Assembly (NCBI GenBank): GCA_017404555.1
Contig: JAFRCD010000005.1
Span: forward strand, 54,488-118,487
Origin: Bacilli bacterium
GTDB lineage: Bacteria > Bacillota_I > Bacilli_A > RF39 > UBA660
Reading direction: 5' to 3'
DNA length: 64,000 bases
Each line of letters begins with the position of its first letter. Position 1 is the first letter of the stretch. The notes under the pieces were generated by a model. It did no database searches. It worked only from the letters and a program-made list of their open reading frames with translations, and had not been told where the DNA came from. The position numbers and the translations under genes are program-made. This document shows positions 21,486 through 31,812 of the stretch, piece by piece.

Positions 21486-22644
21486 AAATAAACGTGATTA
21501 TTACGAAGTCTTAGGTGTCTCTAAAAATGCCACTGAAAAAGAAATTAAATCTGCTTTTCGTAAAAAAGCCAAAGAATTTCATCCTGACTTAAATAAAGAT
21601 AATAAAGAAGCTGCTGCTGAAAAGTTTAAAGAAGCTCAAGAAGCATATTCTGTTTTATCTGATGAAAGAAAAAGAGCTAATTATGATCGTTTTGGTCATG
21701 CTGGTGTAGGAAATGGTCCTACCGGTAGTGGTTTTGAAGGCTTTTCAGGCTTTGGTGGTGCTGGCTTTGATGGTTTCCAAGGTGTTGATGTCGATTTAGG
21801 AGATATCTTTGATACTATTTTTGGCGGTGGCCGTGACTTTTCTTCATTTACTGGAAGAGGCAATAGAAATCGTAAAACCAGAGGAGATGACATGTTAATG
21901 CGTCTAAACATCTCCTTTGAAGAAAGTGTCTTTGGTTGTGAAAAAGATATTAAAGTTGATGTAGTGGAAGATTGTCCTGATTGTCATGGTGAAGGTGGTT
22001 TTGATAAAGAAACCTGTCCTAATTGTCATGGTAGTGGAACAGTAACCGGAGAACAACATACTATTTTTGGATCTTTTCTATCTAAAACTACTTGTCCAAC
22101 CTGTCAAGGAACAGGATCTAGTTTTAAAAGAAAATGTACAAGCTGTCATGGTAGTGGTAAAGTTACTGAAAACAAAACTATTACTATAAATGTTCCATCC
22201 GGAATAGCGACTGGTGATAGATTAAGAGTATCAGGTAAAGGAAATGCTGGTAATAATGGTGGACCTAATGGAGATTTATATTTAGAATTTATTGTTAAAA
22301 AACATAAATACTTCAAAAGAGAAGAAGATGATATCTACTTAGAAGTACCAATTACCTTTATTGAAGCTATTAAAGGTGGTAAAAAAGAAATTCCTACTAT
22401 CTATGGTAATGTCAAACTAAATATACCTGCTGGTGTAAATAGTGGTGATATAGAACGAATTAAAGGTAAAGGTGTTAATAATAAGACTAATAACCATAAA
22501 GGTGATATGTATATAGAATTTAAGGTAATAACACCAACTAAACTAACTAAAGAACAAAAGAAGATTATTGAAAAACTAGAAGAGACTACTTTCAATACTC
22601 CAGAAATAGATAAATTTGCCAAGTTTACTAAGGAAAACAATTAA
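21475..22644 (+). CDS. dnaJ: Chaperone DnaJ
   Basis: J-domain with HPD, G/F-rich region, four CxxCxGxG repeats; probable GTG start. Confidence 0.97.
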   Translation: MASKNKRDYYEVLGVSKNATEKEIKSAFRKKAKEFHPDLNKDNKEAAAEKFKEAQEAYSVLSDERKRANYDRFGHAGVGNGPTGSGFEGFSGFGGAGFDGFQGVDVDLGDIFDTIFGGGRDFSSFTGRGNRNRKTRGDDMLMRLNISFEESVFGCEKDIKVDVVEDCPDCHGEGGFDKETCPNCHGSGTVTGEQHTIFGSFLSKTTCPTCQGTGSSFKRKCTSCHGSGKVTENKTITINVPSGIATGDRLRVSGKGNAGNNGGPNGDLYLEFIVKKHKYFKREEDDIYLEVPITFIEAIKGGKKEIPTIYGNVKLNIPAGVNSGDIERIKGKGVNNKTNNHKGDMYIEFKVITPTKLTKEQKKIIEKLEETTFNTPEIDKFAKFTKENN

Positions 22645-22670
22645 AAAGAAGAGGATCAACCTCTTCTTTT
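22645..22670. terminator. Bidirectional terminator dnaJ/rnhC
   Basis: AAAGAAGAGG-ATCAA-CCTCTTCTTT. Confidence 0.75.
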
Positions 22671-23580
22671 AATATATCATTGTATGAAGAATACGATCAG
22701 TATTCTTAAAGTTTAGTTTAGCTATATCTTTTAGTTTATCTTCACCATATTTTTCTACTACTTCTTCTCCAACAGTATCTACATCTTTGCCGGCTCCCTT
22801 AGGTAGGGGAATATGTAATTCATCAGATAATTTATCAAATTCTTTTAAGAAGATATATCTACTGATGATAGATGCTGAAGCAACAGCTAAGTTTTTATCT
22901 TCAGCTTTGGTAAGAAAAGTAATTCCTTTTTGAATATTAGGTATGCCTTCTAAATATCCATAATATCTAGCTTCCCTGGCAAACTCATCTACTATTATAT
23001 AGTCATAGTCTAGTTTTTCAGAGTGAACTAAATCATATAATACTTTATTATGCATAATAGATTTAATCTTATTCATATTGATATCTTTACTATATTTTTC
23101 ATTATATTCTTTATTAGTTAGAATCTGTGATTTATATTTTACAATCTTTATTAGTTTAGGTGCTATTTTAAGTATTTTATCATCAGTAATCTTTTTAGAG
23201 TCCCCAACACCTAATTCTTCTAACTTTTTAATGTCTTTCTTATTGACATATGTAGCCGTTACGACAATAGGTCCAAAGTAATCACCAGTTCCTACTTCAT
23301 CAGAGCCAATAGAAGAAGAGTCATAATATTTCTGTTCTTCTTTACTGATTTTCTTTTTCTCTTTCTTTGTCTCTTCTAAAGCAATACCCCACATCGAAGC
23401 ATCAACATCAGCACTTTTACCTTGAAACATTACTTTACCAGATTCATACATAGTAATAACTGTGTCTTCTTCTTCAGCTTGAAATACTACATACGGTATC
23501 TTTTTAGGCCGTACCTTATCTTTATAATATTCAATCATCTTTTGTTTAATTTCATCATTAACTCTAATTACAATGTTCAT
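22669..23580 (-). CDS. rnhC: Ribonuclease HIII
   Basis: TBP-like N-domain (YESGKVMFQG), GSDEVGTGDYFGP, DSKK, VASASIISR. Confidence 0.95.
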   Translation of the reverse strand: MNIVIRVNDEIKQKMIEYYKDKVRPKKIPYVVFQAEEEDTVITMYESGKVMFQGKSADVDASMWGIALEETKKEKKKISKEEQKYYDSSSIGSDEVGTGDYFGPIVVTATYVNKKDIKKLEELGVGDSKKITDDKILKIAPKLIKIVKYKSQILTNKEYNEKYSKDINMNKIKSIMHNKVLYDLVHSEKLDYDYIIVDEFAREARYYGYLEGIPNIQKGITFLTKAEDKNLAVASASIISRYIFLKEFDKLSDELHIPLPKGAGKDVDTVGEEVVEKYGEDKLKDIAKLNFKNTDRILHTMIY

Positions 23581-23649
23581 GTAAAACACCTCTATTTTTA
23601 TTATAGCATATCTTTTAAAAATAAGTTATAATAAAAATAGGTGATAGGT

Positions 23650-24306
23650 ATGAATATATTTGATATAGTAATCATTATTTTACTTGTCTTAGGTGGAATA
23701 ATTGGTTTTAAAAGGGGGGTTATTAAAGAAGTAATTGGACTTGTCTGTTTTATCTTAGCCTTTATTATTGCTTATCTTTTAAAAGACTTTGTCGCAGGAA
23801 TTATTATTAATAATATAAGTGGTTTAAATTCTGTTACATCCATCATCACTTATAAACTAGTAACTTTCTTAGTATTATTTGTCTTAGTTTTAATTCTTTC
23901 CAGAATTATTCTTAAACTAGGTAATATAGTTGATAAGTTAGTAAAAGCTACTGTTATTTTAGAAATACCATCTAAAATACTAGGATTCATTGTTGGTGTT
24001 ATTAAATACTATTTAGTTATTTTTGTTGCTTTACTAGTAGTAAGTGTCTTCAGTATTTATAATGAACAGTTTAATAACTCTCATTTAGCTCCTAAAATAC
24101 TTGATAATACACCAATTTTATCAGGAGTTACTAGTAAAATACGTCATACTATTGATGATTTAAAAGATGTTGATCAAGATCTTGAAAAAGATCAAGAAAT
24201 TATCGATACCTTAGTTAATAATAAGATTATTTCTAAAAAAGATATCGAAGAACTAATCAAAAAGAATAAGATTAAAGATGTTAAAGTAAAAATAAAAAAG
24301 GATTAA
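23650..24306 (+). CDS. cvpA: CvpA family membrane protein
   Basis: FDIVII..GFKRGVIKE motif, four TM segments; divergent from rnhC as in Bacillus. Confidence 0.8.
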   Translation: MNIFDIVIIILLVLGGIIGFKRGVIKEVIGLVCFILAFIIAYLLKDFVAGIIINNISGLNSVTSIITYKLVTFLVLFVLVLILSRIILKLGNIVDKLVKATVILEIPSKILGFIVGVIKYYLVIFVALLVVSVFSIYNEQFNNSHLAPKILDNTPILSGVTSKIRHTIDDLKDVDQDLEKDQEIIDTLVNNKIISKKDIEELIKKNKIKDVKVKIKKD

Positions 24307-24884
24307 GATCCTTTTTTTATATATGTTTTATTAATAATATTAAGATTAACATTTTCTTCTTTTAATTTATCTAATGTTTCATTATTAATTGCTACTAAAT
24401 AAGTAATATCTTCATTAAACTCTTTTTTTATAATGGTACTGTTATTAAGAATTCTATTTATTTTAGCTTCATTATTATAGGAAAAGATAATTTCGACATT
24501 ATAACCGTCTTCTAATTCAATGTACTGACACTTTTTTAATACCTCTGTAATACTTTTTACATAAGCTCTAGTAAGGGGACCAACACCTAGTTTAATACCA
24601 CCAAAATACCTAGTAACAACACATAATACATTACTTAAATTATTATTCTTAAGAACATTAAGCATTGGTGTTCCTGCTGTACCAGTTGGTTCTTTATCAT
24701 CACTAGATCTTTCAGTATCACTTAAAATATAAGCATATGTATAATGCCTAGCTTTTGGATATTTTTCCTTTACTTCTTCCATATATTTATCAATATCGTC
24801 CAAATTAGTAACATTAAAAATAGAAGCAATAAACTTACTTTTCTTTATTTCAATCATATTTTCAGCATTAGTTACTGTTTTCAT
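24303..24884 (-). CDS. yigZ: YigZ/IMPACT family protein
   Basis: IKKSKFIA, DDKEPTGTAG, VTRYFGGIKLG. Confidence 0.92.
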   Translation of the reverse strand: MKTVTNAENMIEIKKSKFIASIFNVTNLDDIDKYMEEVKEKYPKARHYTYAYILSDTERSSDDKEPTGTAGTPMLNVLKNNNLSNVLCVVTRYFGGIKLGVGPLTRAYVKSITEVLKKCQYIELEDGYNVEIIFSYNNEAKINRILNNSTIIKKEFNEDITYLVAINNETLDKLKEENVNLNIINKTYIKKGS

Positions 24885-24916
24885 CAGATCACCTAATAAT
24901 ATTATATCTAAAACCC

Positions 24917-24945
24917 TTGAAAAAATATAGATAATTTGTTAAAAT
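24917..24945 (+). promoter_or_regulatory. sigmaA promoter of the T-box leader
   Basis: TTGAAA-N17-TAAAAT with extended -10 TG. Confidence 0.6.
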
Positions 24946-24964
24946 ATGAGTAATTAATGTATTT

Positions 24965-25149
24965 ATAGAACGTTGATTAAAGAAAAGTACTAAATAATTA
25001 GTTTTCAAGAGAGATCTTGGTTGGTGAGAAAGATCAAACTAACTTTAGGAAAGCTCCTTTATGAGTTCTACGGGTAACCGTTATGATAATCAAGACCAAA
25101 ATAGGATGGTACCGGGCATATGTCCCTCCTAGGAGATGGTCTTTTTTTT
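24965..25149 (+). ncRNA. T-box riboswitch, Ala specifier
   Basis: Stem I AGAGA and GGTGA motifs; GAAA followed by GCT (Ala) at 25053-25055; T-box AGGATGGTACCGGG (UGGU matches A73); antiterminator 3' CCCTCCT; terminal T-tract; alaS in the operon. Confidence 0.88.
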
Positions 25150-25159
25150 GGAGGTGTTT

Positions 25160-25693
25160 ATGGTTTATTTAATAAGTGGTAAAGCTCGCCATGGAAAAGA
25201 TACTTTTGCGGGATTCATGAAAGATTACTATGAAAGTATTGGTAAAAAGGCCTGTATTATGCATATATCTAACTATATTAAGCATTTTGCCATTGATTAC
25301 TTTGGTTGGGATGGTAAAGAGGAAACTAAACCCCGTACTTTACTACAAGAACTTGGTACTGATGTCATTAGAGTAAAGATGGGTAAAGAACTATTCTTCA
25401 TTAATAGGCTTTTAGAAGATATGGAAGTATTAGAAAACTTCTATGACGTCTTTATTGTTTCTGATGTTCGTCTACCAATTGAATTCGAAGAAATTGGTAA
25501 ACATCATGATACTGTAAACATTCATATAAATAGAATTAATTATGAATCTGTTTTATCAACTAAAGAACAAAAACATATTACTGAAACAGCTTTAGATAAT
25601 TATGATGATTATGATTATCGTATAACCAACGATACATTAGATAAACTAAAAGAAGATGCGGAAAAACTAGTAAAAGAGGTGGAAAAAATATGA
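25160..25693 (+). CDS. P-loop kinase of the dNMP-kinase / animal-type phosphomevalonate-kinase family
   Basis: SGKARHGKDT P-loop, RTLLQELGTD, IVSDVR, HITETALDNYDDYDYRITND. Confidence 0.7.
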   Translation: MVYLISGKARHGKDTFAGFMKDYYESIGKKACIMHISNYIKHFAIDYFGWDGKEETKPRTLLQELGTDVIRVKMGKELFFINRLLEDMEVLENFYDVFIVSDVRLPIEFEEIGKHHDTVNIHINRINYESVLSTKEQKHITETALDNYDDYDYRITNDTLDKLKEDAEKLVKEVEKI

Positions 25694-28389
25694 AAAAATT
25701 CACTCATATGGAAATAAGAAAAATGTGGCTTTCTTTCTTTGAAAGTAAAAATCACAAAATAATAGAAAGTGCACCATTATTACCAATTAATGATGATAGT
25801 TTATTATTCATTAATGCTGGTGTTACTCCATTAAAGAAATATTTTGATGGTAGTGTTGTACCTGAAAATAAACGGCTTACTAATATCCAAAAATGTATTA
25901 GAACCAATGATATTGAAAATGTTGGTGTTACTAAAAGACATTTAACTTTCTTTGAAATGATGGGTAACTTCTCAATAGGTGATTATTTCAAAGATGAAGC
26001 TATTTCTTATGCTATGGAACTATTAACTAGTCCTGAGTACTTTAATGTTGATAAGAACTTACTTTATGTAACTATTTATACTGATGATGATTATTCATAT
26101 GATAAATGGATTGAAGTAGGTATGGATGAAGATCATATTGTTAGACTTGAAGATAACTTTTGGGAAATAGGTGAAGGTCCCTGTGGACCTGATTCAGAAA
26201 TTTTCTATGATCGTGGTGAAAAATATGATCCTGATCATAATGCCCTAGAATTATTTAAATGTGGAGAAGACCAAGAACGTTTTGTTGAGATTTGGAACAA
26301 TGTCTTTTCTCAATATAATTCTAAAAAAGGTGAAAAAAGAGAAGATTACAAAGAACTTCCTAATAAAAATATTGATACTGGTGCTGGTTTTGAAAGATGG
26401 TGTACTATTTTTCAAGACAAAGATTCAATGTTTGAGACGGATTTATTTAAAATACCTATTAAACACTTAGAACAGTTATCTGGTATTAAATACAGTGGTC
26501 AAACTCCATTTAAAGTAATTGTTGATCACTTAAGGGCTATTACTTTTGCCTTATCTGATGGTATTTACTTTGATAATGCTGGTCGTGGTTATGTTTTAAG
26601 AAGATTGCTTAGAAGAAGTGTACGTATGGGTAAAATGTTAAATATCAATAAGCCTTTCATTTATAAAATGGTTAGTGATGTTGTAGAAACCTTTGGAGAA
26701 GTTTATCCTAATCTAGTCGAAAAACAAGGTGAGATTGCGGCTTTAGTATTAGAAGAAGAAAAACTATTCTTGAATACTCTAGATGCTGGTTTAAAAATCT
26801 TAAGAAATTTAACTGCTAACTCTAATGATGGCTTTATTAGTGGAGCCGATGCCTTTAAACTATATGATACTTATGGTTTTCCATTTGAACTTACTAAAGA
26901 ATACTTAAATGAAATGGGCTTTTCTGTATCCGAAGAAGAATTTAATAAGTATATGGATATGCAGAAGGAATTAGCTAAGAAAAATGCTAAAACAAAAACC
27001 CAAATGGCTTCTCAGAAAAAAGTACTTTTAGACTTTAAGGAACCTTCCGAATTTGTCTATGGTATTTATCGTCTTAAAAGTAAAGTTATTGGTATTTTCT
27101 CCAAAGACAGTCTAGAAAAAGAACTTACCCGTGGTGGCTATATTGCTTTAGATAGGACTTGTTTCTATTCAGAAGCTGGTGGTCAAGTAAGTGATACTGG
27201 AATAATTACTGGTCAAAACTTTAAAGCTCGAGTACTTGATGTCTTTAAAGGACCAAATGGTCAACATATTCATAAAGTTAAACTTTTAGATGGTAAAATT
27301 AAACAAGGAGATACTTGTGAGTTGATTTTAGATAAAGAACGTAGAAAAGCTATTGAAGCAAACCATTCTAGTGTTCATTTACTTCATTATGCCTTAAGAA
27401 GTAAAATATCTGAAAATATTCATCAAGCAGGTAGTTATCTTGATCAAGATCGTTTACGACTAGACTTTACTTATACTGGTAAGCTTACTGATGATATGAT
27501 CAAAACAGTGGAAGAACGAGTTAATGAAAGCATTAATAATAAATTAATTGTTTCTACTGAAGTTCTACCTATTGAAAAAGCCAAACAATTAGGCGCAATG
27601 GCTTTATTCAATGAAAAATATGGTGATATTGTTCGTGTAGTTAAAATGGGTAAATCCATGGAATTCTGTGCTGGTACTCACGTATCTAATACAAAAGATA
27701 TCAAAGAATTCGCAATTACTTCTTATGAATCTAAAGGAAGCAATGTCTATCGTATTGAAGCTGTAACTGCTGATAAAATTGAAAGTGCTTTAACTGAAAT
27801 TACTAAACCATATCATGATGAAATAATTAAACTACTAATGAAAGCTAAATCAATTATTGATGCCGCTGAAAAAGAAGGATTAAGTCTAAATTTTGATGTT
27901 GATATTGAAAACCCTAGACCTTCTTCTTATAAAGATGTTATCTTCATTAAAAATGAACTTGCCTATATTCAAAATGAAGTAAAAATGCTTGAAAAGAGAT
28001 ATAACATCGAAAAAGAGAAAGCTACTTTAAGTAATTTAGATGAATATGAAAAACTAGTTAAACAATATGATGATGTATTCACTGTTGTAACTAGAGTAGA
28101 TAATAAAGATGTTAATATGCTTAAAGTAGTCGCAGATGCTCTTATAAATGAACTTGGTAAAGCCTTTGTCTTCTTTGCTAATGTTAAAGATAATAAGACT
28201 GTTAATTTCATTTGTCGTAGTTCTTGTGATATTTCAGCTGGTATTATTGTTAAAGATTCAGCTGTTACTACTAATGGTAATGGGGGCGGTTCTAATACTT
28301 TTGCTCAAGGTGGAGGAAATAACATTGATAAATTAGATGAAGTATTTGCCCATATTGAGGATGTTTTAAATGGTAAAGACTATATGTAA
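25690..28389 (+). CDS. alaS: Alanine-tRNA ligase
   Basis: LLFINAG, HLTFFEMMGNFS, GPCGPDSE, RGYVLRRLLRR, editing motifs HSSVH and CAGTH. Confidence 0.98.
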   Translation: MKKFTHMEIRKMWLSFFESKNHKIIESAPLLPINDDSLLFINAGVTPLKKYFDGSVVPENKRLTNIQKCIRTNDIENVGVTKRHLTFFEMMGNFSIGDYFKDEAISYAMELLTSPEYFNVDKNLLYVTIYTDDDYSYDKWIEVGMDEDHIVRLEDNFWEIGEGPCGPDSEIFYDRGEKYDPDHNALELFKCGEDQERFVEIWNNVFSQYNSKKGEKREDYKELPNKNIDTGAGFERWCTIFQDKDSMFETDLFKIPIKHLEQLSGIKYSGQTPFKVIVDHLRAITFALSDGIYFDNAGRGYVLRRLLRRSVRMGKMLNINKPFIYKMVSDVVETFGEVYPNLVEKQGEIAALVLEEEKLFLNTLDAGLKILRNLTANSNDGFISGADAFKLYDTYGFPFELTKEYLNEMGFSVSEEEFNKYMDMQKELAKKNAKTKTQMASQKKVLLDFKEPSEFVYGIYRLKSKVIGIFSKDSLEKELTRGGYIALDRTCFYSEAGGQVSDTGIITGQNFKARVLDVFKGPNGQHIHKVKLLDGKIKQGDTCELILDKERRKAIEANHSSVHLLHYALRSKISENIHQAGSYLDQDRLRLDFTYTGKLTDDMIKTVEERVNESINNKLIVSTEVLPIEKAKQLGAMALFNEKYGDIVRVVKMGKSMEFCAGTHVSNTKDIKEFAITSYESKGSNVYRIEAVTADKIESALTEITKPYHDEIIKLLMKAKSIIDAAEKEGLSLNFDVDIENPRPSSYKDVIFIKNELAYIQNEVKMLEKRYNIEKEKATLSNLDEYEKLVKQYDDVFTVVTRVDNKDVNMLKVVADALINELGKAFVFFANVKDNKTVNFICRSSCDISAGIIVKDSAVTTNGNGGGSNTFAQGGGNNIDKLDEVFAHIEDVLNGKDYM

Positions 28390-29323
28390 GAATTATTTAA
28401 TAGAAACTACTGATGCCAAGACTAAAGAACTAAGAATAAAGGATTTAATAGGAACTAGTAGTTTTAAGTCATATGATATTAACACTTATGATTTAAGTGA
28501 GGATATATCTTTTGATAAAGTTATGGAAAGTATTGATACTTATAATCTATTAAGTGATAATAAAGTAATTATTGTAGAAAATATTGAACATTTAAAAGAT
28601 GATAGAGAAAGAGAAACCCTATCTAAGTATCTAGATAATCCTAAAGATGATATCTTACTAATTATGACTACTAAGAAAATTGATAATAAATTAAAAATAT
28701 TCAAATTACTAAAAGACAAAGTAAAAGTTCTAAATGATGAAATAGATCCCACTAAATACATTAAAGATAATTTAGAAGAATATAAAATGTCTGATAAAGA
28801 CATAGCTCTTTTAATAAAATATAAAAATAAAGATATAACTGCTATTGATAATGAATTATGTAAATTAAAAGCTTATAAATTAAATAATAAAGAAATTACT
28901 AAAGAAGATATTGAAAATATCGTTATTAAAGCTAAAGAAGAGGAAGATCAATTGCTTTTTAGTCTAGTAGATAGTATTATTACTAAAAATAAGAAATTAG
29001 CTTTAGAAGACTTAAATAGTCTAAAAGAACAAGCTATTGATCCTTTTAGTATTATTGCTCTTTTAGATAATCAATTACGTATTCTTCTACAGACATATAT
29101 TTTAAGAGAAGAGGGAAAGAAAGAAAAAGAAATAACTGATATTTTAAAGATTCATCCTTACCGGGTAAAACTTGCCTTGAATAATTCCTATAATTATACT
29201 AGAAAAGAGATAGAAAATACTATTTTAGAACTTGCTAAATTAGATTACAATATTAAAAGTGGTAGAGAAGATAAGTCTTTAGCTTTAGATATGTTTATAA
29301 TTAATTTAAAAGATAAGCATTAA
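28370..29323 (+). CDS. holA: DNA polymerase III delta subunit
   Basis: NELCKL, LFSLVD, IHPYRVK, LAKLDYNIKSG motifs. Confidence 0.85.
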   Translation: MVKTICKNYLIETTDAKTKELRIKDLIGTSSFKSYDINTYDLSEDISFDKVMESIDTYNLLSDNKVIIVENIEHLKDDRERETLSKYLDNPKDDILLIMTTKKIDNKLKIFKLLKDKVKVLNDEIDPTKYIKDNLEEYKMSDKDIALLIKYKNKDITAIDNELCKLKAYKLNNKEITKEDIENIVIKAKEEEDQLLFSLVDSIITKNKKLALEDLNSLKEQAIDPFSIIALLDNQLRILLQTYILREEGKKEKEITDILKIHPYRVKLALNNSYNYTRKEIENTILELAKLDYNIKSGREDKSLALDMFIINLKDKH

Positions 29324-29335
29324 TGCTTATCTTTT
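29308..29335. terminator. Bidirectional terminator formed by the holA and rarA 3' ends
   Basis: 28-bp perfect palindrome AAAAGATAAGCATTAATGCTTATCTTTT. Confidence 0.7.
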
Positions 29336-30540
29336 TCTTTTTCTATTTTTTCATAAATGGCTTTAATATTCTTTTCATAACCAATATCTTTTGGTTCATA
29401 GTACTTAACACCTTTTAATTTCTTAGGCATATATTCCTGATAGACATAAGCTCCCTCATAATCATGAGGATATTTATAAGTAGTAGAATTATTTTTAATA
29501 TGATCAGGTACATTAGAAATAATTCCTTTTTCAATATCTTCTAAAGCTTTATCTAAAGCTATATGAGCCGTATTTGATTTTGGTGAAAGAGCCATTTCCG
29601 TAACAATTGTTCCTAGAGGAATTCTAGCTTCTGGTAAACCAACTCTTTCTGCTGCATTAATTGCTGCATCAACTCTTGGTCCAATAGCTGGATTAGCTAA
29701 ACCAATATCTTCATAAGCAATAACACTCATTCTTCGATAAATAGAATCTAAATCACCTTCAGTAATTAAACGAGCAAGATAGTGAAGGGAAGCATCCACA
29801 TCACTCCCTCTAATTGATTTTTGAAATGCAGATAAGACATCATAATGTCCATCACCATTCTTATCAGAAAAGAAAACTGGCTTACTATTAATCTTTTTAA
29901 TTACTTCTTTAGTCACTTTCTGATCACTAGTAGAGTAGTAAGCAATCTCTAATAGATTATATGCATATCTTAAATCACTTCTAGAGAGTTTTACAATTAG
30001 TTTGAGTGTTTCATCATCAATAGTAATTTTATCTAAATAAGGGCTTTTTATAGCCCTTTTAAGAGCCTTTAAAATGTCTTTATCAGAGAGCTCATGTAAT
30101 TCAAATAATTGACACCTGCTTCTAATAGCTGGATTAATAGAATGATAAGGATTTGAAGTAGTCATCCCAATTAAAGTAATTAAGCCACTTTCAATTTGAG
30201 GAAGTAGAAGATCTTGTTTGTCTTTATTAAGACGATGAATCTCATCCATAATAAGAATAATACCATCATACATTTTTGCTTCTTCACAAACCACATCAAA
30301 ATCTTTCTTATTATTAATAGTTGCATTCAAAGAACGATATCTAAGTCCTAAATCATTAACAAGAGCATTAGCAATAGAAGTTTTACCAACTCCTGGAGGA
30401 CCATATAAAATCATTGAAAAAAGTTTTTTATTTTTAACTAAATTAGTAAGTACTTTATCTTTACCAATTAAATGTTCTTGTCCCACAACTTCTTTTAATG
30501 ATTTAGGTGCAAGTTTATAAGCTAGTGGTTTATCCATCAT
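29320..30540 (-). CDS. rarA: Replication-associated recombination protein A
   Basis: GPPGVGKT, DEIHRLNK, SAFQKSIRGSD, EDIGLA, YKYPHDY. Confidence 0.95.
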   Translation of the reverse strand: MMDKPLAYKLAPKSLKEVVGQEHLIGKDKVLTNLVKNKKLFSMILYGPPGVGKTSIANALVNDLGLRYRSLNATINNKKDFDVVCEEAKMYDGIILIMDEIHRLNKDKQDLLLPQIESGLITLIGMTTSNPYHSINPAIRSRCQLFELHELSDKDILKALKRAIKSPYLDKITIDDETLKLIVKLSRSDLRYAYNLLEIAYYSTSDQKVTKEVIKKINSKPVFFSDKNGDGHYDVLSAFQKSIRGSDVDASLHYLARLITEGDLDSIYRRMSVIAYEDIGLANPAIGPRVDAAINAAERVGLPEARIPLGTIVTEMALSPKSNTAHIALDKALEDIEKGIISNVPDHIKNNSTTYKYPHDYEGAYVYQEYMPKKLKGVKYYEPKDIGYEKNIKAIYEKIEKEKDKH

Positions 30541-30554
30541 ATCACATCCTCAAA

Positions 30555-30869
30555 CTATTTTATTTTTGGTGTTTTCTTAAATACTTTCACATTAGTAATT
30601 ATATCTTCTTTTTTAGTTTTATTAACTGGTACTATTGCACCGCATCTGACACATTTTCTTACCATGCCATCTTTTACCGTAAGAGTTTTATCAGCGCTTA
30701 ATCTATGACCTTCAATTTCACATATTTTACGAGCTATCTCTTGTAATCTCTCAATAGATCGTTCTTTTCTAATAGCAAGATACTCCATATCAGCATTTAT
30801 TAAATTTATTTCATCTTGAATAATCTGTAAACTTCTTTTATAAGACATTAAAAGATCTATTTTGCTCAT
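30555..30869 (-). CDS. Hypothetical coiled-coil protein with C-x4-H...CxxC zinc ribbon
   Basis: CEIEGH...RKCVRCG; starts 1 bp after the upstream stop. Confidence 0.65.
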   Translation of the reverse strand: MSKIDLLMSYKRSLQIIQDEINLINADMEYLAIRKERSIERLQEIARKICEIEGHRLSADKTLTVKDGMVRKCVRCGAIVPVNKTKKEDIITNVKVFKKTPKIK

Positions 30870-30870
30870 T

Positions 30871-31734
30871 CTATTTTCCTTCTTTCAAGGTAATTTTCTT
30901 CTCCATTTTTTCTTCCAAAAGTTTTGGATGCGCTAAAAGATATTCTAATAATTGAACAGATTTAATCATATAGAAACCATCTGCAATTCTTTCATCTAAA
31001 GTAATTCCAAAGTCACAGAAACTTCTAATTTCCTTTTTACCATTATCTAAAATAACTTCTTTTTGATATATTTTACCCATTGTAATAAGCATTGAATTAG
31101 TACCAAAAGTACTTAAATGATGATAAATAGCTGTAGTTGAACCAATACTGCCAATATTAGACACAACAGCACTACTATAATAAATAATTTCTTCTGTCAT
31201 TGATAAAGGTAATAAATCATGTTTATCTGCCCACTTATAACAACCAACTACAAAATAACGTAATAATCTTGGTAATTTACCAACTTTAGATACTAAATCA
31301 TCAGTTGAACTAGTTTCACTATTTCTTGATTCATGAACTCTTTTCCCAATCTTCTTAGAAAAAGTAAAAATATTATCATCTTCTAAAGCTTTTATAACCT
31401 GCATTACTTCTTGAGAATCATCATTAAACTCCATCTTCGCCACAAAAGATACTGTAACATTATTACGATCATAAAACTTTCCATTAACAATAAATCTATT
31501 TAAATATGGTCTATTATAAATAACTTTCGCAATAGCTGTAGAAAAAGCATGAAAACAAGTAATATGAACATCTTTCTTTTTATTCTCTTTTTCCAAGTAT
31601 TTAAGAAGTTCAGTTACATCAATACTATAATTACCGTATACTTCATTATCAACTCTTCTTTTTAAAATATCATGCATAATATAATTCATTCCATTTAAAT
31701 TGGTAACAACCTTACCATCTTTACGATTTCGCAT
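30871..31734 (-). CDS. Stand-alone 2-oxoacid dehydrogenase acyltransferase (E2/CAT-like) catalytic domain
   Basis: RPYLNRF, VSNIGSIG, ITLDERIADG; no lipoyl domain. Confidence 0.8.
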   Translation of the reverse strand: MRNRKDGKVVTNLNGMNYIMHDILKRRVDNEVYGNYSIDVTELLKYLEKENKKKDVHITCFHAFSTAIAKVIYNRPYLNRFIVNGKFYDRNNVTVSFVAKMEFNDDSQEVMQVIKALEDDNIFTFSKKIGKRVHESRNSETSSTDDLVSKVGKLPRLLRYFVVGCYKWADKHDLLPLSMTEEIIYYSSAVVSNIGSIGSTTAIYHHLSTFGTNSMLITMGKIYQKEVILDNGKKEIRSFCDFGITLDERIADGFYMIKSVQLLEYLLAHPKLLEEKMEKKITLKEGK

Positions 31735-31812
31735 CTCAACACCTCATAATAATTATATCATCAATTTGTAAAACAAACAATTTTGAATTATAATATAAAT
31801 AGGGTGAGTAAG

